Positions 26,229-39,324 are shown, numbered from the whole stretch's first letter. The stretch is 53,314 bases of DNA, filler included, from Bipalium vagum (GCA_037834085.1; 3 parts of 3 records of this genome joined end to end with filler, not necessarily neighbours in it); one strand, 5' to 3'. Notes: generated by a model from the sequence alone, not told the origin. Program-made: numbers and translations.

Positions 26229-27525
26229 TTCACTACTTTGACGGCTCGGATTAGCTTACACAGACACAGACAGAACCAATGCATGCATACATATCTTCTT
26301 TTTCATCTCTATTTTTCCTTCTTTATTTTTTGTCTTTTACGTGAGCTAACATGATTCCTTTTAGTTTCTCTCATTAGAAATCTCTTTCTATAGTTTTAGT
26401 TCTTGAAAAGCAATCTATTTTATTTTTATTTTCTTTTTGTGTGTTCCCCTTTCCTTCTCAGTTATCGTCCCTCGCCCACGATGTTTTCCTTTTTATCTCC
26501 CTTTTAATCATCCATATCATCATCTTAAGGGCTGTGAGCAGGTTTTATAGCGGAAAATTTTTCTCTGTCTCTCTTTCTATATCACAATTTATATGACGGG
26601 TGGTATAACGGTGTTTTTTGGCTATTTTATTTATTACTTTAAAATATTTATCAAACCTTTTGCATTTCGTTTCATTAGCTGCAATACATATATATGGAAA
26701 AACCGGAGAAAAACAAGTTTTTTGTAAATGATTTAGATTCTTATGTCAATTTGTTATCTGTAGTGTGGGAACAATTAAAAACGTGCCTTCATTTTTATGG
26801 TGATGAACACAAGGGTTTTTTAACAGAATAATAATTGAATCATTGTGATTGGTCAATATTAATTTTAATGTTTAAATGATTACACTAACGGTTGAGTGTA
26901 TAAATATAAGAAGAAAATAAATTAAGATTTTTAAATTAATTTTGGTGAAACCAAACAGAAAAATTAAAATGGTATTTCACTGAAAATATCTCGGAATAAT
27001 ATTCAGTTTTATTACTCCAATTAAATATCAAGTGAAATAATTGAAGCAAAATGATAGTGACTGCAGACCTTAACTTTGCAGACTATTAGGTTATTGCACA
27101 ACATTTTGTGTCCTTAATTTTTAAGTGAAAATAAGTTTTATTGTCGTCATTTAGTTGTTAAACAGAACCACGAAATGCTGAGATTTAAGTATGTCATGTA
27201 ACTTTAAAGATTGTGTAGAATTTCGTCTTAAATTTTTCTGCTTCAATTAACAATGAAGAGCGGTTATGAAACCCTTTTACATTTTGCACACAGTACACAA
27301 ATGATAATAACACGAAGTGATAAGCCAATCGAAACGAGATAAATGCCACAACACGCAATGAGAAATAATCGACTACTTTTTATGGTGAGAAACATCGTAA
27401 GCCGATGACCATTAGAAATGTTACAGAATTTTATTTTTGTCTTATTTTAATTTGTACCTTATTTTACAGTAATAATAATAATAACATCAATGTTATGATT
27501 TTGTACTTATTTGAAAAATTAATAA

Positions 27526-28450
27526 ACCACAGTCTTCTCCCGTGACTCTTTCTAATGGTACTTGGTAATATGCGTTTCCCAAGTCTATAACATTTCTTCC
27601 ACATTTGACATCCCATACACTTTCCTTTCTATAACTGCGCATAGTTTCCTGAAATCTAGACAAAGTCTAACATCCTTTCTCTCTTTCTTCCAAACACATA
27701 TCAACGGTGTGTTGAATGTGAATTGCATTTTCTGATAATGCCATTATCCGCTAAATTTTTAATGACTGTGTCAATGTTTTCTTCTAAATTTAAGAGTTAT
27801 CTCATGGCTTTGTATGTATAGCCTCTGCCTTTATCACTATTCTATGTACTACCAACTTAGTGCAACTGGCATTCCAGTGATCTGCCATAAATACTCCTCG
27901 ATATCTCCGAAACACTTTTCAAGCTTATCGTTTCGCTTAATCATTATAGCTTCTAAAGCTCTCTGTCCTCTTTCAGTATCATCAATTTTCCGCCCAACCT
28001 TTGCGTCCATATTACAAATTCTCCAGTCCTTTTCTTCGATTTGATTTTCTTCTTTTTATCGATAACCAAAATGTCATTGTATATCTATCCTTTCAACAAG
28101 ATCGGCGATCATATTTTCCACGAATATAAATTGTACGAATTTGCTACACTTTCCGATTTCTACATCTACTCGAATCTTTCCAAAGCGATCATTTTGCTGT
28201 TATTCGCGCATTTCATTACATCTTCCAACCAACAAGTTCTACATTAAATTAATTAATTACATTAATTATTAATTTTCTAAATATATATTGGCTCATCACA
28301 TTTATCTTTGCTGCTGTGACTAATAAACATTCAAAGTATTTTCCTAGAATTTTAACCTCAACAACTGGTCTACCTTGCATAATGTCGTACTTTATCTTTA
28401 CTTCACTGGTCTCTTCTATGGCCATTATTCTATCATTATTATTTGCATTA
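27526..28450 (-). mobile_element. Ty3/Gypsy pol remnant (protease + RT N-terminus)
   Basis: FECLLVTAAKINVMS (decayed DTGA), DNGIIRKC, FNTPLICVW, DVRLCLDFRKL and IDLGNAYYQVPL. Confidence 0.9.
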
Positions 28451-30255
28451 TTCGTATTTTCATTACAAATATCTTTGCAATCTATTATTATTATATTATA
28501 ATATTAAATTCCTCTATTCCTCTTTTTGATTTGTTGTTCATTTCATAAATTATTTCAACACCTGCAATATATCTGACTTTTAAATCTGTTGAATATTTTA
28601 GATCATTTTTCAATGCAGCTTGGTTAATTCTATGAATTGGAATTAAATCTAGTTTTGGAATTGAAGGAATGTGTGGATTTTCTCTTACTTCTTCATTATT
28701 TTCTAATCTTTTATCAATAATTGTACCAATTCCAGTAAATTGATTTGCGTATTTTTTATTAAAATGATTTTAAAAATTTACATCTAAGTCTATAGATATC
28801 TCTCGGTTATAAATTGTTTTAAAAAATTATTATATGTAATTGATGATTGTAAATCTCCTTTTTTTTAAAAATTTTTGGATATTTGCATTGAATTTATTGA
28901 ATTTTTAAAACTTGTTATTGCTGGTTTGTAGTTCTTTTTTCATGTTAAAAAATATTGTATAGATTTTAATTTTTTTAATTTATACACATGCTCAATAACT
29001 CATTTTTACATCTTTACTCACACACTACACAAAGTTTCTTGAATTGGTAGACACTTTTTTGAGTAAGAATTTTCTGCAACCATTATGGAACAAAAAACAC
29101 CCGCGAAAGAAAATGTTTGAAGTCTGTTGCATTTAAGGCCTAAATTACTAAAGTGGTTCGTAATTGTGGACCTGAACTAATATTGACAATTCGACATTGT
29201 CAAGATTAGAAAAACATAAGGAAAAATTATCATTATTACAATTGCTGGCTTCTTGAAAATTTGGGTGTATATTTTAAATGACTCTGACTCCTTACTATAT
29301 ATTTGTGAACAAAACGTACCAATCACAAGTAAAATCAAGAAAATAACAAACTAACAAGGTTTTCTAGTTTTTTTATTTGTGAATATTTAAAAATTATTTC
29401 TTTACAATAAAACCTAGTGATCGAGATGACAATTGTTTTTAGTTTAAAGAAGAAATGAATCTGCACTAAAAAAAATTTAGATCATCAGACCACCTGGAAT
29501 ATCCGGTCATCCGCAAGTTTTATTTATTTTTTTATTTTTAAATAATATTTATATTTTAGGAGTTCACATAAATCGGTCCAAGACTTTACTCACAGGTAAA
29601 ATTATGTTGATTCTTATTTTATTTTCTATATTTTCTTTTAGTCTTGCTCTTCCAATCGTCCACTGCGTAATTTTAATTATTTTAATTATTATTTATTTAT
29701 TATTATTAATATTAATAATAATAATAATCATAGATTTTTTTCTTATTTAACTCCTTCGTCGGAGCGTTAAAGGAAGATATGGCTGGGGTTTCGCGTTAAT
29801 TGTCAAATTAGCTCCGTCGTCGGAGCATTTAAATTTTGTTCTGTCTCGAAAATTAAGGGCCATTCTTGGTAATATCCGTCCGGAATCGTCATTCGAGCAT
29901 GGAGATTGGTGATTGTATCCAATCCCCACGCATATATAAAGAGACTACTATTCCTGGAAAGGGCCGCAAAAAAAGAATTTCACAATGATTTCTCTAACAA
30001 CTTTTAGGGAAGAGAACTTCCAAATTTCAGAATAATAAGTTGACAGGTGATTTCAGATGATTTTTCAGAGGACCCGACGACGAATTCAAAACGTTCGTAC
30101 TGATTTCCTTTTTTCAAGTGGATATGCCTTCGCAAGAGGATTTTACAGCGGGTCCCGTCGGGTTTAGGACTCCCTAGGTGACCTGAAAAGGGCCTGGTGG
30201 ACGACCTGTAGACCTATTGCAACTCCGAGTGAGACCGATCCGTTTACGTTATTTT

Positions 30256-31278
30256 TGTTACTATTACACGGAAATGTAGCAACATTTGCTCGTCTGCTCG
30301 TGACTTCTCACTTTGTGCAACTCGTTGTGTTCGAAATACCTCTCTTGTTTTTTTTCTTTTTTCTCTTTTATATTTAATAAAACACCCACCACTATACCAT
30401 ATCCGCCCCCCTCAATAATCAATTCGAAATAAAACTTTATTTATATCAACAATCACAAATATTAAATTAATCACAGATAGAATGTTAACTGAAATCCCTC
30501 TTTTATATTTAATAATGATACTAATTTATTAGTAAAATCAAAAAAAAATTAAGAAAAATCAAAATTAATCAAAACTATTCTCACCGAGAGCGACAAGGGG
30601 TCCTCGGGTCACCCTCTAGGCCCTTCTCAGGTCGCCTATGGACTCCCTAACTCGCGGGGTCCCCTTGTAGAAAAATCCGACTGCATAATTCTGGGCATGG
30701 ATATAACATTTACTGGAATCTATGCTTGGGAATCTTGGTTCTGGAATCGCTATTCTGGAGTGTCTGTTCCTTAATTTTGGTCCTGGAATCGCTATTCTGG
30801 AGTTCCTGTTCTTTAACTTTGGTCCTTGAATCGCTATTCTGGAGTTTCTGTTCTTTAATTTTTCTATTCGGCGGCTTAACGGGAGAAGCCGTCTCCTTTT
30901 ATAGTCGTAGGGATTGGTCTACAATCACCAATCCCTACTCGGAGACGACTATTGCTTCTCACTATCTCCACGTCGAGATAGTCTCTCTTCTGTCGACGCT
31001 AATGGATTTCTGTCAGGAAATCCATTAGCTTGATCAAAAAAATAATCCCCACGGCGGGATTCTGTCATTAGGAAAATAACAAAAATTATTTTTAAAAAAA
31101 AAATATTATTATAAAAAAAATTTATTATTATTATTAATCAAAAAAATATTATTATTATTATTATTTAAAACTTATTAATCGTATTATTATTATTATCATA
31201 AAAAATTTGTTATTATTATTAAGCTTCACAAATTATTATTATTATTTAAAATTTATAATTATTCTTCAAACCCCAACA
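30256..31278 (-). mobile_element. Solo LTR, family 1, copy C (best preserved, nested antisense in B)
   Basis: Minus strand TGTTGGGGTTT...AATAGTAACA; TSD TTTT at 30252-30255 and 31279-31282; 1023 bp. Confidence 0.88.
30741..30860. repeat. 42 bp tandem repeat (ctggaatcgctattctggagt...) x~3 inside LTR C
   Basis: Directly visible units; they produce the spurious repetitive ORF 30726-31028. Confidence 0.9.
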
Positions 31279-31547
31279 TTTTGTTTTCTTTTTTTTACTT
31301 AATTATTCTTATCGATTATTGATTTGATTATATTTTTCTGTATTATTAACATTGCCATTGGATTTGATTTCGTTTTATTTTAGACATTGATAGATTCACA
31401 GCTTTGATTTTGATTTATAGTTTTTTTGATAAAGTAAATAAAATTTTATTGTGAGTGTTTTGATTCATTTTGGTTTTAAATTTGCAAAAACGAAAACAAT
31501 ACATTAAAGTGAGGAGTTGTCGATAGACTTGCGAAGGTTACTTTGTT

Positions 31548-31710
31548 AAGCTAAATCTCGGGGGAAAGATTTTGATATATGGGTATTTAGAATAATAAAA
31601 ATTTTAATTAATATTATTATTATCATTAATCTTACTATTATTCCCATTATTAATCTTATTATTATCATCAATCTCACAACTTCACCTATTGTGCCTTTCG
31701 CAAACCCAAA
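31548..31710 (-). mobile_element. Inverted 5'-end fragment of a family 1 LTR
   Basis: aaatctc...aagattttgatatatgg...gcaaaccca matches 34319-34424 of copy D. Confidence 0.6.
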
Positions 31711-32016
31711 GGTTGTACTAATGATAAAAATCTATTTTTTTAAAAAATAGTAAACAATTCGAAATTTTATTAAACATTCTGAAAAACCCTGTATTCGTTT
31801 TTTTTAATAATCCACACAATATTTAAATATTAAAATCCAATTTTTAACTTTTTTTTATTTATCAAAAATTCTTCAAATAGAAAAACAAGATTAAAACTAA
31901 ATTAATAATGTATTGTCTTAATTTATCACATGATTTTTAAAATTAAAACCGAAATTAAAACGCTAAATTATAAAATTATAAATGATTTTTTCGTTTAAAT
32001 AAACATAATATTGAGA

Positions 32017-32413
32017 ATGTTTTTTCAAACTTTGGATCCCTACACGACACCTCCCGACGAGCTAAAGGAGTTGATTGGAAGGACTCCTTTCAAGAAGCAC
32101 GTAAGGGATTTGCTCGACCACATCAATTATGTTTGGAATTTAGATGGCTGAGAACGCGACACGCGAACAACTGATAAAAATTTATACAAACTATTTACAA
32201 CCGTTACCAAAACTCAAACTCAATGTCGACCATGACGGTTCGGAAAACGAAATGCAAGTTGAAAACAGTTATCACGAATCGAACAATGTATCTCAATCAG
32301 AAATCATTCCTTGCAAAAAGGCCAAGGGAAACGATCTTGAAGAAATATCTCCTTTGATTCCCAAAGAAGACTTAGTGCCGAGACGGAAGCTGAAAAGACA
32401 TGTTAGGTTGTAG
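32017..32413 (+). CDS. Ashwin (C2orf49)-like protein, 117 aa; exons 32017-32100 and 32144-32413
   Basis: ATG at 32017 and a 43 nt gtaagg...tttag intron in phase 0. LDPYTTPPDELKELI...TREQLIKIYTNYLQPLPKLKL resembles Ashwin LHPELLS...KDSLTDLYVQHAIPLPQR. Basic C-terminus RRKLKRHV; AATAAA ~35 nt after the stop. Confidence 0.65.
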
Positions 32414-33329
32414 AAATTTATCTAATGTGTACATAATTTTTTTGAATAAATCTCGTCTTTTCTAAAAAGTGATTTTTTGAAACTCTTGATAGATAATCTT
32501 TGATCTGTATAAACCTTGTTTTCATTTTTGCACCCTTGTTAGATTTTCCACGTGATATTAAATTTATAAATCTTCTGACTTAGTGACAATTCGTCACTCT
32601 TTCTGTTATTGTTAAAAATTCTGGTTTAATATTTGCAACATGGTTATTAGACTTTATTTAACTTAATTTCTAACTGATTCTATTTTGTGGAATTTAATAA
32701 AATGTGATTTTTTATTTGTAAATTGATTTTATTGATTTTTTTATAAAGAGGTTTACTTAACAGGTGACAATCCTTTTCATACTTTCGCGTTAAAATAAAA
32801 TAATTTCGAAGTAATTGATTGAGCCCTATGATAATAAATGAATATTAAAAACCGTTTTTTCAAATTAAAAACAGTAATTAGAAGAATTCTTATCACTGTA
32901 TTGGTTTTTATATGACACGTAATTAATTGCGAGCGATGTCGAGGAATTTTAATCCTGCAATGTATTAAAAATGATTATGAAGTTTATGCATTTATTATTG
33001 CAATCTTTCTCGGCAACCAGATTTATTATCAAAACGTAATAATCCTTTTATTACTTTCTCGTTTAAATTCGTAGTTAAAACTAAATAATTGCTCCCATTA
33101 TGGAACTAATTTGTCTAACGGAGAAAAAATTGATTGCGTCCTTGTGACACTACATAAAAAACACCGGTTTCTCACAAAAGTGATTTTATCAGTGATGTTT
33201 ATTATTACAATCTTTCTCGGTGTCCAAATTTATTATCATATATGGATATTTTCTAATATTATTGACATTTTATTAACTATAATAAACCAGGTAGTTTATT
33301 AGCATCATCATTCCTTTTTTCGATAATAA

Positions 33330-34424
33330 TGTTACTATTCGTCAATCAGTAACTCCTCATTTAACAATGTTGAGTAATTCTATTGTCTCTACACAAAGCG
33401 AAACTCAACTTGAATCAAAACTTCCATAATTTTACTTTATCCGCACCAAAATTTGAATCAAAACGATCACCATAAAACTTTATTATAAATCTAACAGCAG
33501 TCTGACGCAACAACAAAATTCCCTTCAATATTTGTTAATCACCCAAAAGTATGTCTAATAATCATTCAAAAAATAATAGCTTCAAAGTCGAGTAATGAAC
33601 ACAACGATAAAAACCAAGTCAATGGCTAACAAAAATAATAATAATCAAACACAAAAATGAATTAATATAATCTAATTAAATAGTTTTAAAGAAAAGACGA
33701 GAAAAATGATCAGAGATAGAAATTGAGAAATAATAAAAATAAAACTATTTCACAAAAAATCCCCGGGTCGTCCTCTAGGTCCTTTGGGATTCCCAAACTA
33801 AATGTGTCCCCTTGGTAAATCCTTTTACGATNNNNNNNNNNNNNNNNNNNNNNNNNNNNNNNNNNNNNNNNNNNNNNNNNNNNNNNNNNNNNNNNNNNNN
33901 NNNNNNNNNNNNNNNNNNNNNNNNNNNNNNNAAAAATCCCCGGGTCGTCCTCTAGGTCCTTTGGGATTCCCAAACTAAATGTGTCCCCTTGGTAAATCCT
34001 TTTACGATAACATCGTTGGAATCAAAAATACTGAGATCACTGATTTTCCTCCTCTGGAAACTGGGCAAGGTACTCTTCTTCCGCAAACGATTGGAATAAT
34101 TTCTTCTTGGTAATAGAATGTTCTTCTTTTCCTTTAAATCGTGACCTTCGCTGGGCAAATTCCTGGGAATAGCTGTCTCTTTATATAGTCGTAGAGATGT
34201 ATCACCAATCCATACGCTTAGAGACGGCTATTTTCCCTAATAGCCATTAATCAAACTAATTGAAACATGCAATCAACACGAAAACGACTGTCAGAAAATC
34301 CATTAGCCTAATATAACAAAATCTTTACGGCAAGATTTTGATATATGGCTTTTTGTTATAAATTTTTAAAAAGTTAATCTTATTATGATTATAATCTGGT
34401 GTCGTGACTTTGGCAAACCCAATA
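33330..34424 (-). mobile_element. Solo LTR, family 1, copy D (contains assembly gap)
   Basis: Minus strand TATTGGGTTT...AATAGTAACA; TSD ATAA at 33326-33329 and 34425-34428; hairpin partly deleted. Confidence 0.85.
33832..33931. other. 100 N gap flanked by an identical ~77 bp duplication (unmerged contig overlap)
   Basis: 33755-33831 is repeated at 33932-34008. Confidence 0.9.
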
Positions 34425-35134
34425 ATAACAAAATATTCAAAAGAAAAATAAGATACATTTTTACTTCATGGTATATTACGGATTCTGAGAAACCGAAAAA
34501 ATTATCTTTCATACGAAATTAAGTAGACCAATAAATGAATAACAATAGTTTTCCGATTAACGGAAAAGTTTTTCAAATTAAAAAATAAGCACAAGTATTT
34601 TTGATAATTTATCAATTGGATACAAAATCGATCGATCTTGAAGCACAACAAAAATTGGAAAATTTAAATTACTGAGCACGAAAATATTTATTATTGAAAT
34701 TAACCTAAATAGTAAGGAATAAATTTGAAAATCTCAACACATCAATATCTAGTGAAGCGAACAAGTTAAAATATTCAAGGCAAGACATCAATAAAAGAAT
34801 TCCTACCGTATTCTGGACAATGACAATAAAAGTACTGTAAACGATAAATTAGGGGCCAAGACAAGAAACAAATCAATAAACAGTGACAAGGAAAATCCAC
34901 AATTTCAAATCTGGGTTAAGTAAGTCAAAGAACCAAACTGAATCTCCGAATAAAAACAAAACTTATAATTATATAATGATTTAGCCGAAAAGTAAAATTT
35001 TAAAAATCAATACTTTACAAAGATCAATGAACTCTCGATTTATTGATTTTATTTACACTCATGTAGAATTCATTGGAAATGAAAAAATAACGAAAACACA
35101 AAATAAGAAAAGTCAATCGATAGATGAAGACAGA

Positions 35135-36588
35135 TCAATATATTCTATCGAGAATTCCGCTTGTTTCCTTGATGGCATCCCTGTTCAGATAATTGATCGG
35201 TTTCTGATTATTGCTCTTTTTCTGATTTGACAAAAACTCGTAAAAGCTGCCTGCGTTGCTGAAATCCGACAAGTCACCAGCGGGCGGATCCTCGTAAAAA
35301 AATTCATGCTGCAGCGCCAAATCAGCTGTCAACCGCTTCCGGGGATCGAGAACAAGCAACTTATCGATCAGATCCACTGCTGAGTGGCAATCGATCAGTT
35401 TCAGCAATCGCTGGCGGACGTATCGATGATTGTTGGTCTTCTCCAATCTCTTGAACTCGGGCAGCTTTGACACGCCTGGCCAGCTCTCGTCGTTGATCGA
35501 TCCGCACAAATTAATGATGAGTTTCAATTGGTGGATTTCACTTTCACCCTGCAATGAAAATTGGGCGACGACGAAAAAAGAACAGTCGCCATGGCAATAG
35601 ATCAATAATAAAAAATATTATTGAATCGATAAATCAAACAACATTCTCCTTAGAATCGCACCTGCATGATGGGATATTTTGTCCACAGTTCAGCCATGAT
35701 GCACCCAGCACCCCACATATCCACCGAACGGTCATAGTGACGATCGTTGAGCAGAATCTCTGGAGGTCGGTACCACATTGTGACGACTCTACTCGTGTAT
35801 TTGGGAGGATGATCAGGCTTAGGAGACTTGATTGTGTAACGAGCCAATCCGAAATCAGCGATCTTTAAGGTGCCATGTTTTTCGATCAGAATGTTAGCTG
35901 CTTTGAGATCACGATGGATCACGTTGTTCCTGATAGAGAGAAAACGTTGATCGATTCAGAATTATCATGAGCTGAAAAAAAAAGAACCTGTGCAAGTAAA
36001 AAATGCCCATGAACAATTGTTTCATGATCGATTTACGCTGGGACAGTGTGAACTTCATGTTCTGGTCGCTCAGCAGCCCGGCCAGGTCGTGGTCGCACAG
36101 ATCGAACAGCAAATAGAACTCTGGCTTGAAGTTCTTCTCTTTCGTTGCTAACAAAATGAGAAAAATTGATCAAATTAAACCACTTTTGCGACAGTCACAT
36201 TAATTGAAATTACGAGAACTGCAGCAAATCTCCCGTAAGCAAACAATGTTCGGGTGGTTCAGCGATTGGAGGATTTTTATTTCTCTCAGTGCCGTTATTG
36301 GAAACTGGTGAGTTAAAAAATTTTTCAACAGCATAACAATTTTATTACTCCTTCTTTCTCTTGTTCCAGCTTAATTCGTTTTAAAGCGTAATATTTTTTT
36401 GTTTGAATATCGCGAACTTTGAACACTTCTCCGAACGTGCCCTGTCCGATTTTCTGAAGTTTTTCATACTGGTCAACGTGTTTCAGGACGGATATTTTTG
36501 GATCGTTTTGAACACGTTTGAAAAAATCGTTCAAACCGAAACTGATATCGTTAACAACGCTTGAGTAAAATTCATTGAAATCGTCCAT
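35135..36588 (-). CDS. CDK9: Cyclin-dependent kinase 9 (P-TEFb kinase), 390 aa; exons 36588-36349, 36304-36214, 36147-35988, 35929-35662, 35548-35135
   Basis: KIGQGTFGEVFK, EKEGFPITALREIKILQ, HRDLKAANILI, DFGLAR, VVTMWYRPPEILL and DMWGAGCIMAELWT; four phase-consistent GT-AG introns; 1173 nt CDS. Confidence 0.96.
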
Positions 36589-36627
36589 TTCAAAAATGAA
36601 TAATGGCGAATATTTAAACAAACTTCG

Positions 36628-36727
36628 NNNNNNNNNNNNNNNNNNNNNNNNNNNNNNNNNNNNNNNNNNNNTTAATTAATTAANNNNNNNNNNNNNNNNN
36701 NNNNNNNNNNNNNNNNNNNNNNNNNNN
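36628..36727. other. Artificial contig linker (44 N + TTAATTAATTAA + 44 N)
   Basis: 12-mer at 36672-36683. Confidence 0.95.
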
Positions 36728-36959
36728 TTTCTGTACAATAACACATAAAATTTAAATTTAAAACAACAAAGAAAATAAAATTTCATGCACAGATTTCATG
36801 CACAGTTAGATTTGATCGCACCAAAAAGGATCACAAAAGTAAAACAAAAGAATCATTTTTGATTTAGTTCATTTTGTACATCTGCTGTGCCTGGGAGTCT
36901 CCACAAAGTTAGTAGGAATGTATTTATTATTTGTTATATTAAGTTCCCATTGTTGTCAA

Positions 36960-37870
36960 AAGTTAACTACCTTTTAGTATTGATCAATGTTTTAATTATT
37001 CGATAATTCACTTTTTGGATTAATAGGCTTATGTTAGGAGTTTTAGACTGCCAATATTATCTTAATCGATATCCAGTTTTAAGTTGTGTCATTAATGACA
37101 ATAGGTAATAATCAAAATGTATGATAGTTTACTGAATCAAGATCTCAATGGAATTGTAAAGGACTTGGTCTCAACAAGGTGTACAACAATTATCTAAAAT
37201 GTGAATATAAAATATAAAGTCAGTAATTGAGAATAAATGTATCACTTTCAAATTTTGAACCCGTGCAAACGTAGACTCCTGAAAAAGTTTGAGGAATCTA
37301 TTGTACTTAAAAAAACTAAAAAATATTTTTAAAATAATCATTAATATCAATACATTTTTGTAGGAAGCTAACCAGTTTTCAAAGCATTTTTTGCCATTTT
37401 GAAGTTAACAACTCACCAAAACTTCGAATTTTGTAATGGGATAATACTTATCACGTAAATCATAAGGTGATGAGTCAAGTGAATACTGGATGCTTATCAT
37501 TAAATCTACATTTAAGTAACTGCAAAATCGATTGTTTAATGGGAGACCTTGTGTTAACATGTTAAAGAATGATTGTAAATTTTGATTGTTCAGCTGTGGT
37601 AGGTAATTTCTATACTTTTAAGCATTTACAGTTATTTGAATCTCTAAAGTTATGGTTATATTATTTTAAGTAGAAGAAACAACGAAGAACACCCTTTGAT
37701 GTATTAAATTCACTTTTAGATACCAAAATAATTGGTTGTTTCTTACTTTTAAGGTATTTTTGAATAAATCCATGCTTGTGACGATGTAAATTAAATTTTA
37801 ATACTCTGTTATATTTCTTGATCATTTTTTGGCACCAGTCAATACAACATTCTTTTACAGCTGTCAAATT
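36960..37870 (-). mobile_element. Possible Penelope-like retroelement N-terminal remnant
   Basis: HKHGFIQKYLKSKKQP, PTTAEQS...MLTQGL and HKPINP occur in the order expected upstream of a PLE RT; heavily decayed. Confidence 0.4.
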
Positions 37871-39324
37871 ATGTGGGATTAAACGACTGAATTTTTTTAA
37901 AAAAAGTGATTGTTTTTGATTGGTCTGTTATGATTAAAAAATTATGTTGAGTTGTATATATTATTTCTATAAAAGAAAATACCCAGCAATAAGTGATGAG
38001 TTAGAACAGAGCTTAATTATTTAACTTTATAAATACTGTAATCTTTATGTTACGCTATTTCATTGCTATGAACCTTGTCATAAAACTTAGGTCGTAAAGT
38101 ATAATGACCCCTCCACTTTTGTCAAGACGTGTTCGCAAATGAATGATTTAAATCAACTACAAATAAAAATATTTTTGAATTATCACAATTAGATTGACCA
38201 TTACTAAAATTAGTCGATTCTCTTCCAAAAAATTCAAGAAGCATTAATAAATACTTATTAACTGATGTTTATATAAATTGCTATATTTTTGATAAAAGCA
38301 TCTGATAAGTTTGTCATACTGGATTCTGCTTGATGAGCATACTTTGTAATTTTAAAATATAAATATTTCATACTCAAAGAACAAATATAAAATAAATTGT
38401 ATTTATGAAAGTTATCTTGAGAATCTCATTTTATACAGTGGATTCTTGGGTTCGTTGCCGAATTGGAAAAATTAACGAGTAATCTTTGGAGGCTGAAGTT
38501 AAACAAAGTTAATATATTGTTTTTCAAATAAACGCTTTTAAAAAACATTTGAATTCAATTTTATTTATTATCTTGATACACATTTAGAGCTGTTTCAATC
38601 AATTTTAATAATTTCAACATTATTGTTCAAACAATATCACTATCATGAGTTTTTCTTAACCTTCATTATTTTGTATAAAAGTAATTGAACCTTTTAAAAA
38701 AAAATTTTTCTTAAAAGACCATAAAAATATAATTATTTTAAGTAAACAATTTAGTTTTATAGAAAATTTGCTTCAACAACTATTAAAAATTGTTTTGACA
38801 ATGGTGATGACAGTAGTGATCACATAACACAAAAAATTTCTGTCTTCTACAGAAGTTATGTTTTGGTTGATCACATCTTCTTGACTTAAGACTACCTGTA
38901 CTAGATATCTTTCAACTGTGTACTTCTGACATCATTATATTTCTTAAAATTCGACAAAAAGTAAGGTTTTTTACGAAATTAAATGATGGCACTACGTTTT
39001 TCCATTGATAACTTTGTGTTATCTGGTATTGTAAAATCTATTTATAAATACATCGATTTTTAATTGATTTTTAAAGAAAACATGATTTTGTATGTGTACT
39101 CATACTTTTGCAGGGAAGATATATAAACATGAATAGCGATTCACCAAATAGACCAACACAATATTTAAGTAATTCTTCAAAACCTGGAGTGTGTTGCATA
39201 CATCAAAAGGTGGATGTCAACCAAGAAAGAGTGAGAAAATTTTGAATGAAAAGATTAATTTACTGTTGCAAAAAAAGTCTAATACAACACTTAGACGACT
39301 GCCCAATAAATGAAATGCTTCATA

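Larger units (their letters stand above)
29700..31540 (+). mobile_element. Solo LTR, family 1, copy B, interrupted by copy C
   Basis: gattggtgattg...tatataaagagac promoter (29904-29945) and hairpin 30143-30222; 3' part (ttttattgtgagtgttttgattc, aaagtgaggagtt) resumes after 31282. Outer ends are approximate. Confidence 0.75.

Noticed and set aside
30726-31028. Repetitive ORF (LVLESLFWS x3)
   Set aside because: Product of a 42 bp tandem repeat, antisense to LTR C.
33755-34008. Apparent 77 bp direct repeat
   Set aside because: Identical copies flanking a 100 N gap indicate an unmerged overlap.
35135-36588. Functional link between CDK9 and the neighbouring TAR-like LTR hairpins
   Set aside because: Proximity alone; the LTR family is dispersed and no Tat-like factor is visible.
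38760-39010. Possible Mutator/FLYWCH remnant
   Set aside because: Too degenerate to support.
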